DNA of 64,000 nucleotides, from NCBI GenBank assembly GCA_026025795.1, contig JAPEUG010000031.1, forward strand, positions 1 to 64,000. The letters are read 5' to 3'. A program made the translations under genes and the position numbers. Numbering within the stretch: the stretch's first letter is position 1; every line of letters begins with the position of its first letter. Positions 47,701 through 59,466 of the stretch are shown here, in pieces. A model generated the notes under the pieces. The model searched no databases, was not told the origin of the DNA, and saw only the letters and a list, made by a program, of their open reading frames with translations. The stretch is from Thelocarpon superellum (taxonomy: Eukaryota).

Positions 47701-50700
47701 CGGCCTGGCCACCATCCGAGCGCTGGGCCCAGCGCCACTCCCGGCGGCGTTGGAAGAGGAGCCGCTTGGCGATCTTGTAACGAGAGTCCTGTACCGCCTC
47801 AGATTCACCGGCGAGCAGCGTCCCTTTGACACAGTCTCGCTCCTCTACATGCTGCCCCTCATCTTTCGTGTGCTCCGCCACGGCGGCGTCGGCAAAGAGG
47901 CGAGCGATGAGACGGACGAGCAAGTCGTGCTCGCCTTGGAATTCCTGTCCTTCCACACCGACACCTGCGCCGACCCCAGACTTCCACGGGGAGAGATCGT
48001 CCAGGTCCTCATCTCGTCGATGCAACGATACACGCAGCACTACAAGATCATCAAGGACTGCCTGCTTGACCTCTGTCGATGTATCGCCGCGAACATGTCC
48101 GAAACCGAGCTGGACCTCTTAGTCCAAGGGGCCGTGTTCCCCGACGTTTCGGTCCGGACGGCCGTCCTGCAGACCATCCGCGCCGAGGCGGATCTAACGG
48201 ACCGAGACTTCTGCAAGGAGATCTGGCTGGCCTACCATGATGACGTGGAAGAGAATGCAAAGCTGGCGCATATCATCTGGGAGGAGAACGCGCTGGACGT
48301 TGATGAAGATTCTGTTTTGGAGCTCGTGCCCTACCTGAGTCGCGGCGAGAAATCTCTGCGGCGAGCGGCGGCCCGGGCGATGGCGGCCGCTGTTGCCACC
48401 TATCCCAGCACCTTTGCGCGCGTGTTGGAGCGCCTGCGGGCGATCTACGTCGAGGCGGCAAAGCCTCCACGCCCTCAGCTAGATGAATATGGCATGCAGA
48501 AGCGAGCGGCGCGGCCGGATCCGTGGGAGCTGCGGTCGGGCATCGCGACAACCTTTAAAGAGCTCGCGGTCATCTTCGACCCGTCGCTTCTCCTGCTATT
48601 CATCACCTTCCTCATCGATGACGGCCCCTTGGGCGATCGCAGCGCCGTCGTGCGCGACGAGATGGCGGACGCAGCCACGGCCATCATTGCGACGCACGGG
48701 CAGAAGCACGTGGAGGCGCTCATGAAGCTCTTCGAACGGACCCTCGAAGCTCCAGACAGTCATTCTGAGGTCCACGACTGGATCAACGAGGCCGTTATCA
48801 TTCTCTACGGCGCCCTCGCCCGGCACCTCAAGGCAGGCGACGCACGCGTACCGACGGTAGTGCAACGACTGCTGACTACCCTGAGCACGCCATCGGAGAC
48901 GGTGCAGGCCGCCGTGGCCGAGTGTCTACCGCCCCTCATTCGGGCCTCGCCCGCGCAGACATCCGACTACCTGCGGCAGATGCTCACCCAGCTCGTGGAA
49001 GCCAAGGCATACGCCGCACGACGAGGCGCCGCGTATGGGCTGGCAGGCATCGTGCGCGGCAAAGGGATCATCGCCCTGCGTGACCACCGTATCATGTCCA
49101 CGATCAAGACCGCGCTGGAGGACAAGAAGGACCCACACCATCGACAAGGCGCGCTCATGGCCTACGAGCTTTACGCGTTGGTGCTGGGGCCGGTATTTGA
49201 GCCGTATGTGATCCAGATCGTGCCACAACTACTCGGCAGCTTCGGGGACCCCAGCACCGACGTGCGTGACGCTTGCCTCGACGCGGCCAAGACGTGCTTC
49301 GCCACCCTGAGCTCCTTTGGCGTGCAGCAGATTCTGCCGACGCTCCTGGAGGGTCTGGATGAGCCACAGTGGCGGAGTAAGAAGGGCGCGTGCGACCTGC
49401 TCGGGGCCATGGCCTATCTCGACCCGCAGCAGTTGGCCCAGCGTCTGCCAGAGATCATTCCGCCGCTGACAACGGTGCTCAACGACAGCCACAAGGAGGT
49501 GCGGCTGGCGGCGAACCGCAGCCTCCAGCGCTTCGGCGAGGTCATCAGCAACCCCGAGGTCAAGACCCGCGTCGGCGTGCTCCTCAAAGCCCTGAGCGAT
49601 CCGACCAAGTATACGGACGAGGCTCTGGATGGGCTGATCCAGGTGTCGTTCATGCATTACCTCGACGCGCCCTCGCTGGCGCTCATCGTACGCATCCTCG
49701 AGCGCGGGCTGAGCGACCGGTCGTCGACGAAGCGCAAGGCGGCGCAGATCATCGGCAGCCTGGCGCACCTGACGGAGCGCAAGGATCTGGTGCAGCACCT
49801 CGGCATCCTCACGGCCGGCCTGAAGCAGGCCATCGTCGATCCCGTGCCGACGACGCGTGCCACGGCGTCCAAGGCGCTCGGGTCTTTGATCGAGAAGCTG
49901 GGCGAGGAGGCCTTGCCCGACCTCATCCCGAGTCTCATGGCGACGCTCCGCTCCGACACGGGTGCGGGCGATCGGTTGGGTTCGGCTCAGGCGCTGGCCG
50001 AGGTGCTGGCCGGCCTGGGGACCGTCCGGCTGGAGGAGACGCTGCCCACCATCCTGCAGAATGTGTCGAGCGCCAAACCGGCGGTACGCGAGGGCTTCAT
50101 GTCCCTCTTCATCTTCCTGCCGGCCTGCTTCGGCAACAGCTTCGCCGCCTACCTCAGCAAGATCATCCCGCCCATCCTCACGGGCCTGGCGGACGACGTC
50201 GAGTCGATCCGCGACACCTCCCTGCGCGCTGGCCGGCTGCTGGTCAAAAACTTTGCCACGCGCGCCATCGACCTCTTGCTGCCCGAGCTGGAGCGGGGGC
50301 TCGCGGACGACAGCCATCGCATCCGCCTGAGCTCGGTGGAGCTGGTGGGCGACTTGCTCTTCAACCTCACCGGCATCAGCGGCGCCGCGGACGAGGACGA
50401 GGCGGCGGACGAGGGCGCGGCCGAGGCAGGCCAGTCCCTGCTCGAGGTGCTGGGCGAGGACAAGCGCAACCGCGTGCTGTCGCTGCTCTACATCTGCCGC
50501 TGCGACACGTCGGGCCTGGTGCGCAGCGCGGCCATTGGGGTGTGGAAGGCGCTGGTGGCCAGTCCACGCACCCTGCGCGATATCATCCCCACCCTCACCC
50601 AGCTCCTCATCCGGCGCCTGGCCAGCCCGAAGATGGAGCAGAAGGTCATCGCCGGCAACGCCCTCGGCGAGCTCATCCGCAAGGCGGGCGAGGGCGTGCT

Positions 50701-53191
50701 GGCGACGCTGCTGCCGCCGCTCGAGGAGGGTCTGCAGTCGTCGACGGACACCGACGCCAAGCAGGGCATCTGCATTGCCCTGCGCGAGCTCATCTCCTCG
50801 GCCTCGTCGGACGCGCTCGAGGACTACGAGAAGACACTCATCTCGGTGGTGCGCACGGCCTTGGTCGACCCCGATGCCGACGTGCGCGACGCCGCCGCCG
50901 AGGCCTTTGACTCGCTCCAGCACATCTTCGGCAAGCGCGCCGTGGACCAGGTGCTGCCGCATCTGCTGAGTCTGCTGCGGACCGAGGCCGAAGCGGAGCA
51001 CGCTCTTGCCGCCCTGTTGACCCTGCTCACGGACAATACACGGTCCAACATCATCTTACCCAACCTCATCCCCACCCTGCTCACCACGCCCATCTCATCC
51101 TTCAACGCCAAGGCTCTGGCATCGCTGGCCCAGGTCGCCGGCCCGGCCATGACGCGGCGTCTCCCGACCATCCTCAACACTTTGATGCAGGAGATCGTCC
51201 GCTGTCAGGACGATGGCCTCCGGGCGGACCTCGACGACTCCTTCGATGCGGTGCTCGTGTCGATCGACGAACACGACGGCCTGAGCACCGCCATGAGCGT
51301 GATCCTCGCCTTGGTCAAGCACGACGATCATCGGACGCGCGCGGCCATGGACCTGCACCTGGCCACCTTCTTCCGCCAGGCCGAGATCGACCTCACCCGC
51401 TACTACCCCGACCTCATCCGCGTACTGCTCATCTCGTTTGACGATCGCGACCCGGACGTGGTGCGGGCGGCGTGGCAGGCGTTGCATGAGCTCACCAAAC
51501 GTCTCAAGAAGGAGGAGATGGAAGCGCTGGTGGTGTCGACGCGTCAGGTCTTGCAGGGCGTGGGCGTGGCGGGCTCCGACCTGCCCGGCTTCTCTCTACC
51601 CAAGGGCCTCAACGCCATCCTTCCCATCTTCCTGCAGGGCCTGATGAACGGCTCGACGGAGCAACGGACCCAGTCAGCCTTGGCTATTGCCGACCTCGTC
51701 GATCGCACGTCGCCCGAGGCCCTCCGACCATTTGTGACGCAGATTACTGGGCCGCTCATTCGCGTCGTGTCGGAACGTTCGGTCGAGGTCAAGGGTAGGT
51801 CTCGATGGCTCCCTGCGTTCCTTCCTCTGCCTTGGACTGACGGGACGCAGCGGCCGTCATGTTGACCATGAATCACCTGCTCGAAAAGATTCCTGCCTAT
51901 CTCAAGCCCTTTTTACCGCAGCTCCAACGTACTTTTGCCAAGTCTTTGGCCGACACGTCGAGTGACGTGCTCCGCAGCCGTGCTGCCAAAGCGTTGGGAA
52001 CGTTGATCACCCTGACCCCTCGGATCGACCCTCTGATCGCCGGTAGGTGCGACAGTCAATGCTTAGGGGGTGGAGATCTGACGTGAAGATAGAACTGGTC
52101 ACGGGATCCAAAACGCCCGACCTCGGCGTCCGGAATGCGATGCTCAAGGCGCTGTTCGAGGTGGTCAGCAAAGCGGGTGGAAACATGAGTGACGTCTCCC
52201 GAAACATGGTGCTGGCATTGACGAGCGCCGACATTGATGATACGGATGGTGAGCATTTCTCAGTCGGTGAATGGTCACGGTACGAGCTGACGATGTGACG
52301 AAGATACGCTGTCCATCACCAACGCTCGTCTCTTGGGTGCCTTGATCCCTCATGTCCCGGCGGAGGGCGCCCCTAGTCTTCTCAAGTACGCTACAAGATC
52401 CTAAGCATGGGAAAACACTGACCTGTTCCAGGCAACGAGTGCTTACGACGCACTTCTCCAAAGCGTCGGTGCTCGCACTGAATTCAGTGCTGCTAGAAGC
52501 ACCTTCAACCTTGACCGATGGTCCGTTGGCTAGCGACACGGCGAATGTCATCTGTCAAGGCATCAACAGCAAGAATGTGAGTGATCACGGGCAGCGAAGA
52601 CGGCGATGAGGACCCCGCTGACCACCCCAGCCCTTCATTGCCGATAACTGCGTTTTGGCTGGGGGCAAATACTTGCTCACGCCGGGCGGGACGAAGAGCT
52701 TCGAGACGAACAAGTCCATTGTCGCCGCCCTCGCACAGGTGATTCAACCCGGTCATCCGGTCGACACCCGACGACTCGCACTGGTGGTCATTCGCACCGT
52801 CAGTCGACTGCACGGGGATCTCATCAAACCTCACCTCGCCGTCCTGGCGCCTCCTGTCTTTGCCAGCGTGCGAGATCTCGTTATCCCCGTCAAGCTCTCT
52901 GCCGAGGCGGCCTTTTTGGCCATCTTCTCCGTCGTTGAGGCGGAAGGGGCAGTGTTTGAGAAGTACCATGCGGGGCCAGGAGCCACCTTACCACCGTTGA
53001 CGAAGAAGAGCATGCAAGATTACTTTAAGCGGGTGGCCTTGCGGCTGGCCAGCCAATCACGCGAACGACGCGAGGCCGAAGGAGGGCAAGGAGGCCTGGG
53101 CCTATCGGGAGATGAACGGGATGATGAGCGGGAAGTATGGAGTGTGGGGAAAGTGGATCTGGGCGAGGGTCAGTTTGGGGCTGATGATTGA
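44789..53191 (+). CDS. GCN1: Translational activator GCN1 (HEAT-repeat ribosome-collision sensor and GCN2 activator). Six introns: 44937-44993, 51795-51851, 52043-52092, 52249-52303, and two starting near 52387 and 52577
   Basis: Very long HEAT-like protein with [59 protein letters not shown] and [12 protein letters not shown]. Confidence 0.97.
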
Positions 53192-53547
53192 GTGATGAAC
53201 GGGTAATGAACAGGGGAAAGCCAGGGGATGAGAAGCCTACAAAGCGCGGGTATGACATGATGAGCATCTGTGCGGAGTAGAGCAAGCGAGACAGACATAC
53301 TGCGCATTTTGCTCCAACGCTCACGTACGATTAGGTAAGCGAGGGGTTAGGTGTTGCCCTTAGCGCGACAGAATACACCAGGAATCATCGCTCGATATTC
53401 GATTAGACGATAGCGAACTCTTACGACTCCACCTTGAGAGAGCCTCTGGAGAATTTCAATTCTGGTCGTCGTCGGTTCCCTCACGACGCCCTCCTCCCTT
53501 CCTCCCTCCTTCCTTCTGTGCCCACGTTCCTTCTTCTGACCGTCGCC

Positions 53548-54315
53548 ATGGTGAACCTCCGAGGTCAGAAGCGCCTGGCTGCCGCCGTGGTGGGATGCGG
53601 TAAGCGCAAGATCTGGTTAGATCCGAACGAAGTCAGCGAGATTAGCAACGCCAATTCGCGCCAGACCATCCGCAAGCTGGTGGCTGATGGCCTCATCATT
53701 CGGAAGCCGGTGACGATGCATTCGCGGTCGCGGGCTCGTGAGTTGGCGGCCGCGCGGCGGATTGGGAGACATCGTGGCTTTGGTAAGAGAAAGGGTACCA
53801 AGGATGCGAGAATGCCGAGGTGGGTAGCTGCGTTACTTTCCTCCCTTCTCTCCCTCGCCTCCCTTTTACCGTCCATTCTCCCAGGTCGAGCCTGCACGAG
53901 ATGAGATGGATGGAATAGGTGGAATCGGTGGCTGACGATATCGTAGCCAAGTTCTTTGGATGCGTCGACTCCGAGTACTCCGCCGTCTTCTGGTGAAATA
54001 TCGCGCCAGCGGAAAGATCGACAAACATCTGTATCACGAGCTGTACCATCTCAGCAAGGGTAACACCTTCAAGCACAAGCGAGCGTTGGTCGAGCATGTA
54101 CGTGGCATTTGCTCCCTTCCCGCTCCTTTATCCATTCCCCCTAACACACATACCAGATCCACAAAGCCAAGGCGGAGAAGCAACGCGAGCGGATCCTCAA
54201 GGAGGAGATGGACGCTAAGCGCGCCAAGACCAAGGCCGCGCGCGAGCGTCGCCAGGAACGCATCACGACGAAGCGCAATGCGCTGGCCGGGGAAGAAGAT
54301 GGCGATGATGCTTAG
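53548..54315 (+). CDS. RPL19: 60S ribosomal protein L19 (eL19). Exons 53548-53819, 53947-54097, 54157-54315
   Basis: [28 protein letters not shown]...[12 protein letters not shown]...[14 protein letters not shown]...[18 protein letters not shown]. Confidence 0.98.
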
Positions 54316-54843
54316 GTTTTCTTCTTCCGCTTTCTCTCTCTCCGCGCAATTGTTCGCTTTAGTATTCATGGGGCGGATGAGGGTGTGGGATGGAGTGGTG
54401 AGGGGTGGATGGAAATGGACGAGCGAGCGATGGCGGATACGAAGGATGATGAAGACGAGGTGCAGATACATTCCAGATGCAGATGAAGCCAAGACTCATC
54501 GGTCCATCCAACCCCACCAATCCAACCCAGTCCAGGTCCATCCTATGAATCACCCTAAGATCCTCGTGATCATTGCTGTCACCAGCACGAAGGCGCAACA
54601 ACAAGGTTGAATGGTGAGTTGGGAGACGTGACGAGCTAGCCATGTATTGCTATAGCTACAGCGGAGAGAGCGCCTCGTACACCCAGCCAGCCAGCCAGCC
54701 AGCCAGCCAGTGCTGTGTGTCGCGCGTCTGGCAGTACAGTGCAGTGCAATGGCAAGGCTTAGCTAGGTGGCACATCCGACACACGGGCAGGCAGGACAAA
54801 CACACGGAGAGAGATAAGAACATCACATATCATACTGACCCCA

Positions 54844-56280
54844 TCACTCCCCTCCCGATGCGTTTCCATGTCCATGCCCACCCCCATTTCCACTCCCACG
54901 CACCACCCCCACCCCCCACTCCATTTCAGACTTCAACCACTGCTTATCGTCCGCGGAAATCTTGTAGTCCGTGACGCCGCCGAGGAAGCGGAGTTCGTCG
55001 AGCGTGTTGATCTGGACCAGCACGTCCACGAACTGCTGATGGTACCGCGTGAAATGCTGGCGGCCATTGACGCCCAGACAGAGGCGCTTGAGGTTACCGT
55101 AGCGCCCGAGGAGGCGGAGGCAGTGGCGCAGGTGAGGATCACGCACGTATTGCCGTTCGGCGTGCGTGAGCTCCTTGCTGGTGATGGGCCGGGCGTCTTC
55201 GAGAATCAGGATGAGGCTGGTGATCTGGGACAGGTTGCGCGGCCCAATGGTCACCAGGAACCGTTCCATGTCCTTGTACCCGATCTCGCGCCACACGTTC
55301 TCGTAGAACTGTCCGCGCGTCCAGGCCACCCGCTCGAAGTGGAAGCGGTTCTCGCCATACAGCACCGTCGAGCCCTCGCGGCTGATCTGCTTGCAGGTGG
55401 AGAGCAGCGCGGCGGAGTGGCAGAGGTTCTCGCGCATGTGGAAGTTGATGGTCTTCTTGCTGGTGAATACCAGTCGGTAGATGGCGTTGCGGAGCTCGGC
55501 GGGCAGGTTGAGGAAACCCAGTCGTCGACCGGAGTCGTTGCGCTGTGGCTTCTTGGCTTTATCCAGTGGAGGATTGGTGGACGGCTTGCCTGGCGCGGCA
55601 TTGGTGGTCGCCTCGGGCTCGTCGCTCAGCACGTGGGGCAGATCGAGATGGACGACAAAGGGTCCGTGGTGGCCGCGAGGGACGGCAAACGTCAATTGGA
55701 CCGGCTGCACGGGTCGCGTCGACTTGGCTCGCGCAGTGCTTCGGCTTCCAGGAGGGGGCGACGGCGTACGGCCTGGGGTGCCGGCGTAGTCGGATAATGC
55801 GGCGGGAGAGGGAGATAGGTCGCCTCGAGCTCGTCGTTGTCGCTCAACTGCAGTGCGACGTTTAGCTCTCTTCGATCGCTGGCTTGGGCTCTCATGGTCG
55901 CAGTCACTCTCGACCGACGACAACGATCGTCTACGTTTGGAGGACCTTCCTCGGCCAGCCCCCTCGACACTGTCCTCGCCGTCCGAGCTCGAGTCCACCC
56001 ACGCGGTCGAGTCGAGATAGCCCATCAATGCCAGATCCCTCCTGCCGGCGGATTTGCGTATCGGTCGGCCCGTCACCTCATTGACCTCGACATCTTCCAC
56101 CCCTGGCCTCGGCGTGTCGGCCCGACTAGGCCCCGCGTTGGCCGCCTTGGACTGGCCCCCGTGTGGCAGCGGCTTGTTGGGACGCGGCGGCTTCATGCCA
56201 GCCAAACGCTTGCGCGCCGCTTTGGAGTAGCCCGTGGTCGTCGCCGCCGTCTTGCAGGATGACTGCTTGGTCCGGGCCAT
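54844..56280 (-). CDS. 478-aa uncharacterised protein: histone-H3-tail-like N-terminus, disordered basic/acidic region, C-terminal F-box-like fungal domain
   Basis: Starts MARTKQSSCKT...SKAARKRLA. NLS-like SKRRR and KRAKRR. Contains FLNLPAELRNAIY and LLSTCKQISREGSTVLYGENRFHF. Predicted 5'UTR intron 56338-56282. Confidence 0.85.
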   Translation of the reverse strand: MARTKQSSCKTAATTTGYSKAARKRLAGMKPPRPNKPLPHGGQSKAANAGPSRADTPRPGVEDVEVNEVTGRPIRKSAGRRDLALMGYLDSTAWVDSSSDGEDSVEGAGRGRSSKRRRSLSSVESDCDHESPSQRSKRAKRRTAVERQRRARGDLSPSPAALSDYAGTPGRTPSPPPGSRSTARAKSTRPVQPVQLTFAVPRGHHGPFVVHLDLPHVLSDEPEATTNAAPGKPSTNPPLDKAKKPQRNDSGRRLGFLNLPAELRNAIYRLVFTSKKTINFHMRENLCHSAALLSTCKQISREGSTVLYGENRFHFERVAWTRGQFYENVWREIGYKDMERFLVTIGPRNLSQITSLILILEDARPITSKELTHAERQYVRDPHLRHCLRLLGRYGNLKRLCLGVNGRQHFTRYHQQFVDVLVQINTLDELRFLGGVTDYKISADDKQWLKSEMEWGVGVVRGSGNGGGHGHGNASGGE

Positions 56281-57420
56281 GCTGTGACCCAGATGATGAG
56301 AAACGATGGAGGCTGAGCGTCATTTGCATGGGACTCACCTTTGAGGAGTCGATTCGACCCCCCGGAGACGTTGTCAAATGGACCACATCACGAACGATAG
56401 ATGTGCTCACAAGTCAATACAGAGAAGCTCGAAATGCTACCACTGCTTTGGCGGTGGAGTATGAAAGACAGTCTGGGTGGGCACGATAGATGAAAGACCA
56501 AACGATTGTGGGAAGATGAAACAGTCGACGCTAGAACAGCTCGTCTAGTCGCCTGTCGCTCTCATGGACAGTGTTCATAGCAGTACTTAGTTGGACTTCT
56601 TAGTCCCACGTGTCCCGTATCATCTTTGGACCGGGCAGTGTCCGCGTGAGGCTTGGGACGTAGAAGTCGTCGCTTGTTGTCCGACGCCTGGTCAAAATGG
56701 AGATCGATGCACGTCAGATGCACCGAAGCAACGTCGAGCTGGCTGAATGGATCTCATGGCACGTAGAAGATGCTTGGCACATCAAAGTCTGGTATGAACT
56801 TGCTCTACAGCGACATGTCAAAGGCGAATAGGGCGGAATTTCCGGCTGAACATGACAGTTCATTTCCCATCACACACTACCTATATGAGATGTGTCGTCC
56901 GCGATACGATCTCGCATGATGGACTCAAATCATTCGGCACAAGAACTTTCGTGGATAAGATAAGGAGACATGTCAACTAGAAGATGTCATTCTTGGGGCA
57001 TCACCTCTGGGTGTGACCGACCAACACAACAATCCAATCAGGTACTCTCAAATTGTTTCTCAAGGGTGGTGAAGCGGACCCGAAACATGTCAACATCGCC
57101 CACATCAGCGTCGCCGAAGCTCCACCGACATGAGTGCTGTAGCTGCCGTATAGGCCGTCTCATCATCTTGGATTTAGTTGTGTGAAGACGAAAAAGACGT
57201 CGCGTCGGGTGCTGTTCGTCAAAGTTCAACACCGAGTGGATCGTCGCACGTGAGCGAGCTTACCGATTCGAGCAAGGGTGGGTTTGCGAGAGATTCCATG
57301 TGGGGTGGGGGAAATGCATGACGGCACATACTCTGGCATATATCGCGCGGCACCACGTCCGCTGATTACCCTCTCTTCGATTGTTCGAATTGGGGGCAGT
57401 CTCCCACACTCCTTGACACC

Positions 57421-59233
57421 ATGTCCATGCTCCAGGAGCCTCGACACACAGCGCGGTCATGGTCCCGCCTTGCGACCAGACGACCCCTCAACTGCAGTTG
57501 CTGGAACATGCAACCAGCATGGAGGGCCAGGTCACGACAGATCTCTGCCGTGGCAGAGGATCAGCAGAAGGTGAGTTACAGCTACTTTGTTTGTCAATTC
57601 CGAGGTCAGTGTACTGATCATCATCTCAGCTCCTGTCTGCGTCTCTCGAACAAGCCGACCCCACGGTCTATGAGATCTTGCAAAAGGTACCTCCCTGCTT
57701 TGTCTGTATCCCCCCCAACACAGAATCACTCACTCCTCTCGTGCCGGTAGGAGAAGAATCGCCAGAAACACTTCATCAATTTGATTCCGTCGGAGAATTT
57801 CACATCCCAGGCGGTTCTCGATGCATTGGGAAGTGTAATGCAGAGTACGTCGGCAGGACTATCGCCATCAACGTACACCAACGCTGACGACCATAGACAA
57901 ATACTCGGAAGGATATCCAGGAGCTCGCTACTATGGGGGGAATCAGTACATCGATGAAGCCGAGCGACTATGTCAGGCTCGCGCCCTAGAAACCTTTGGA
58001 CTCAAGGAAGAAGAATGGGGGGTCAATGTTCAGCGTGCGTGCCTCCTACTTCTCCACATCTTGCGAAGCCCCGACTAAGCCACAACAGCCCTCTCGGGAT
58101 CACCCGCCAATCTATACGCTTACTCCGCCCTACTCAATACGCACGACCGTCTGATGGGCCTGGACCTACCACACGGTGGCCATCTATCGCACGGGTATCA
58201 GACGCCGACGAAGAAGATCTCCGCCATATCGAAGTACTTTGAGACGCTCCCATACCGCCTGGACGAGTCGACGGGACTGATAGACTACGACGGGCTCGAG
58301 AAGCTCGCCCTGCTGTACCGTCCTCGGATCCTCGTCGCCGGTACCTCGGCCTACAGTCGGCTGATCGACTACGAGCGGATGCGGCAGATCGCCGACCAAG
58401 CCGGGGCATATCTCCTCAGCGACATGGCGCACATCTCAGGTCTGGTAGCGGGCGGGGTGATCCCATCCCCATTTCCCTACTCGGACGTCGTGACAACCAC
58501 GACGCATAAATCGCTCCGGGGGCCACGCGGCGCCATGATTTTCTTTCGACGGGGCGTGCGACGCACCAACGCCAAGACGAAAGAACCCGAGCTCTACCAC
58601 CTCGAAGAACCCATCAACGCCTCCGTATTCCCCGGCCACCAAGGCGGACCGCACAACCACACCATCACCGCCTTAGCCGTGGCGTTACAACAAGCGCAAA
58701 CCCCCGAATTCCAAGAATACCAACGCACCGTCCTGCTGAACGCAAAGGCACTCTCCGACCGGCTCGGCACGCCCAAAGAAAAGGGCGGGCTCGGGTACAC
58801 GGTGGTATCCGGCGGCACGGACAACCACCTGGTCCTGCTCGATCTCAAAGAGCGCGGGGTGGACGGAGCACGGGTGGAGCGGGTGTTGGAGCTGGTCGGG
58901 GTGGCAAGCAACAAGAACACCGTGCCGGGCGACAAGTCCGCCATGAAGCCCGGCGGCCTGCGCATGGGCTCGCCGGCTATGACGACGCGCGGGTTCCAGC
59001 CGCGGGACTTTGTGCGCGTCGCGGAGATCGTGGACCGCGCTGTCGCCATCACGCAGCGCCTGGACAAGACGGCGCGTGACGAGGCTCAGGCCAAGGGGCG
59101 AAAGGCCCCCGGGAGCGTCAGGGCCTTTCTAGACTTCCTCGGCGACGGGGACGAAGTCAGTGAGATTGTGCGCCTCAGGAGCGAGGTCGAGGAGTGGGTG
59201 GGCACTTTTGCGCTTCCATGGGATAAGCAGTAG
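57421..59233 (+). CDS. SHM1: Serine hydroxymethyltransferase, probably mitochondrial, 5 exons
   Basis: Arg/Ser-rich presequence. Motifs [60 protein letters not shown] (PLP lysine), GGTDNHL. Confidence 0.97.
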
Positions 59234-59466
59234 CTGTTGGTGGGGCGCTTTTGGCCCTTCTATAGGAAAGATGACTGTATCGGTATGAAGAAGACTTTTC
59301 TTCCATTTTCGCCCTTGTCTTGGGCTCGGGGTGTTCTCCTCTCGAACGTCTATCCATCGTCCATCTTGCCTCCTCCGCCTTTCATCGTCTCCCTTCCACG
59401 CTCCGGGGCGGGCGGACACGTGCCATCTGAGTACAGCACGGGTCAAAGCCTACCTGCTTCCATCCA

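Noticed and set aside
49229..51001. 590-aa minus-strand and 506-aa alternative-frame ORFs inside GCN1
   Set aside because: Stop-codon depletion from GC-rich codon usage; low-complexity Arg/Gly/Ala translations.
54844..56280. Calling the ARTKQ protein a histone H3 variant or CENP-A
   Set aside because: No histone-fold motifs (no RYRPG, EIRRYQ or HAKRVT); only the tail resembles H3.
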